This document shows positions 63,136 to 64,000 of a DNA stretch of 64,000 bases, piece by piece. This DNA comes from Callorhinchus milii (Eukaryota). Position 1 is the first letter of the stretch. Each line of letters begins with the position of its first letter. A program made the position numbers and the translations under genes. A model generated the notes under the pieces. That model had not been told where the DNA came from. It worked only from the letters and a program-made list of their open reading frames with translations, and searched no databases. The stretch covers positions 88,290,001 through 88,354,000 of the forward strand of contig NW_024704742.1 in assembly GCF_018977255.1 (NCBI RefSeq), written 5' to 3'.

Positions 63136-64000
63136 GAGCCGTATTGTCTTGATATTTAAGTTTGGCTGAATTGCGAAGAATTCTTAAATTCTGTCCATAT
63201 TTGGAAGATGTTTTCTTCTTAAGAATGTTGGAAAATCGGCTTCCAATTGAAGAGTGGATTGAACAGTTTTCCACCTTCCTGCGCGATTTGCGTGGGTTTT
63301 CCACTCTGCATTGTTCCACCGCCAGAGGTAAAGCCACTTTTGCTTCCAGCACTGTAAACCCAACATAGCTCCCCGATGCAGCATAAAGTACCCTGGAACT
63401 TTCATTATTACCATATGAAAAACCAGATGGCGTTTGCAACTTGCCTGCGCTCCATTAAATATTTTTTTTCGGGTGTGGAGAAAATTATGGCACAAATTAT
63501 ATTTTATAATTCTTCTAAAAGCAATTAGTTTGACTATTAGGAAGGGGACTTTTAAAATGAATTTCAGGAAAATATTGAATATTAGGGTGAGACTTCAAAA
63601 ATTATTTGATTTACGGTAACAGTGGGAAATCATATATGTTACTCTCAGAAATAAAATGCACAATAAAAAGAAGGGAAAAAACTTCCTGACTTGTTGTGGT
63701 AGACATCAGCAGTGGTGCATTAATGCTGAACTCAGTTAAAGGGGAAGCAACAGTCTTTACTTTTTTGTGCTTTTTATGTCGGTCTAAAATGTGTTTGTTC
63801 ACAACCCAGGCTTGTAAATATTGAATTCTAGTGACATGCATCACATCATCCTATGGGAACTCCACTCCAATCCGCCCGTCAGTCAGATGGACTTCCGATA
63901 AGTCAGCATTCCGCCTGTCCAGTTACCGACAGGATTTGGTATTAACAAATTTATAATTCCTGTGCAAATCCCGGCCATGACTTAGAAGCAGTGGGCAAGT

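Noticed and set aside
63059..63495. Overlapping 68-126 aa ORFs near the window end
   Set aside because: They span SINE and MITE fragments and show no recognisable protein motif.
1..64000. Strand bias of SINE tails as a sign of host-gene orientation
   Set aside because: By-eye counts show tails on both strands with only a slight minus excess; not informative.

Overview
Eukaryotic, repeat-dense, AT-rich vertebrate DNA, either intergenic or deep in an intron. I could not identify a host protein-coding exon. The repeat content suggests a cartilaginous fish (inference): Deu-domain SINEs, tRNA-Ala-headed SINEs with an L2-type 3' tail, pyrimidine-rich L2 LINEs, CR1 3' fragments and Penelope-type inverted pLTR remnants. 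Nearly all ORFs in the six-frame track are TE fragments or noise. The only real coding sequence is a near full-length, frameshifted single-ORF L2 LINE at 51453-55094 (APE endonuclease + RT) and truncated relatives. Main points of interest: (1) three Penelope-like remnants with a minimal hammerhead-ribozyme motif, two of them fold-back insertions with 13-15 bp target-site duplications and one containing a perfect 108-bp inverted repeat; (2) an 88-bp tandem monomer plus CRE/GC-box promoter-like region at the 5' end of the full-length L2; (3) a 3' stem-loop shared by the L2 and SINE families; (4) an unclassified six-copy SINE-like family and two MITE families; (5) several datable nested insertions and a locally templated insertion; (6) repeat-free stretches that may be conserved enhancers. 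Everything was read by eye, so boundaries of old repeats are approximate and family names are not database-verified.
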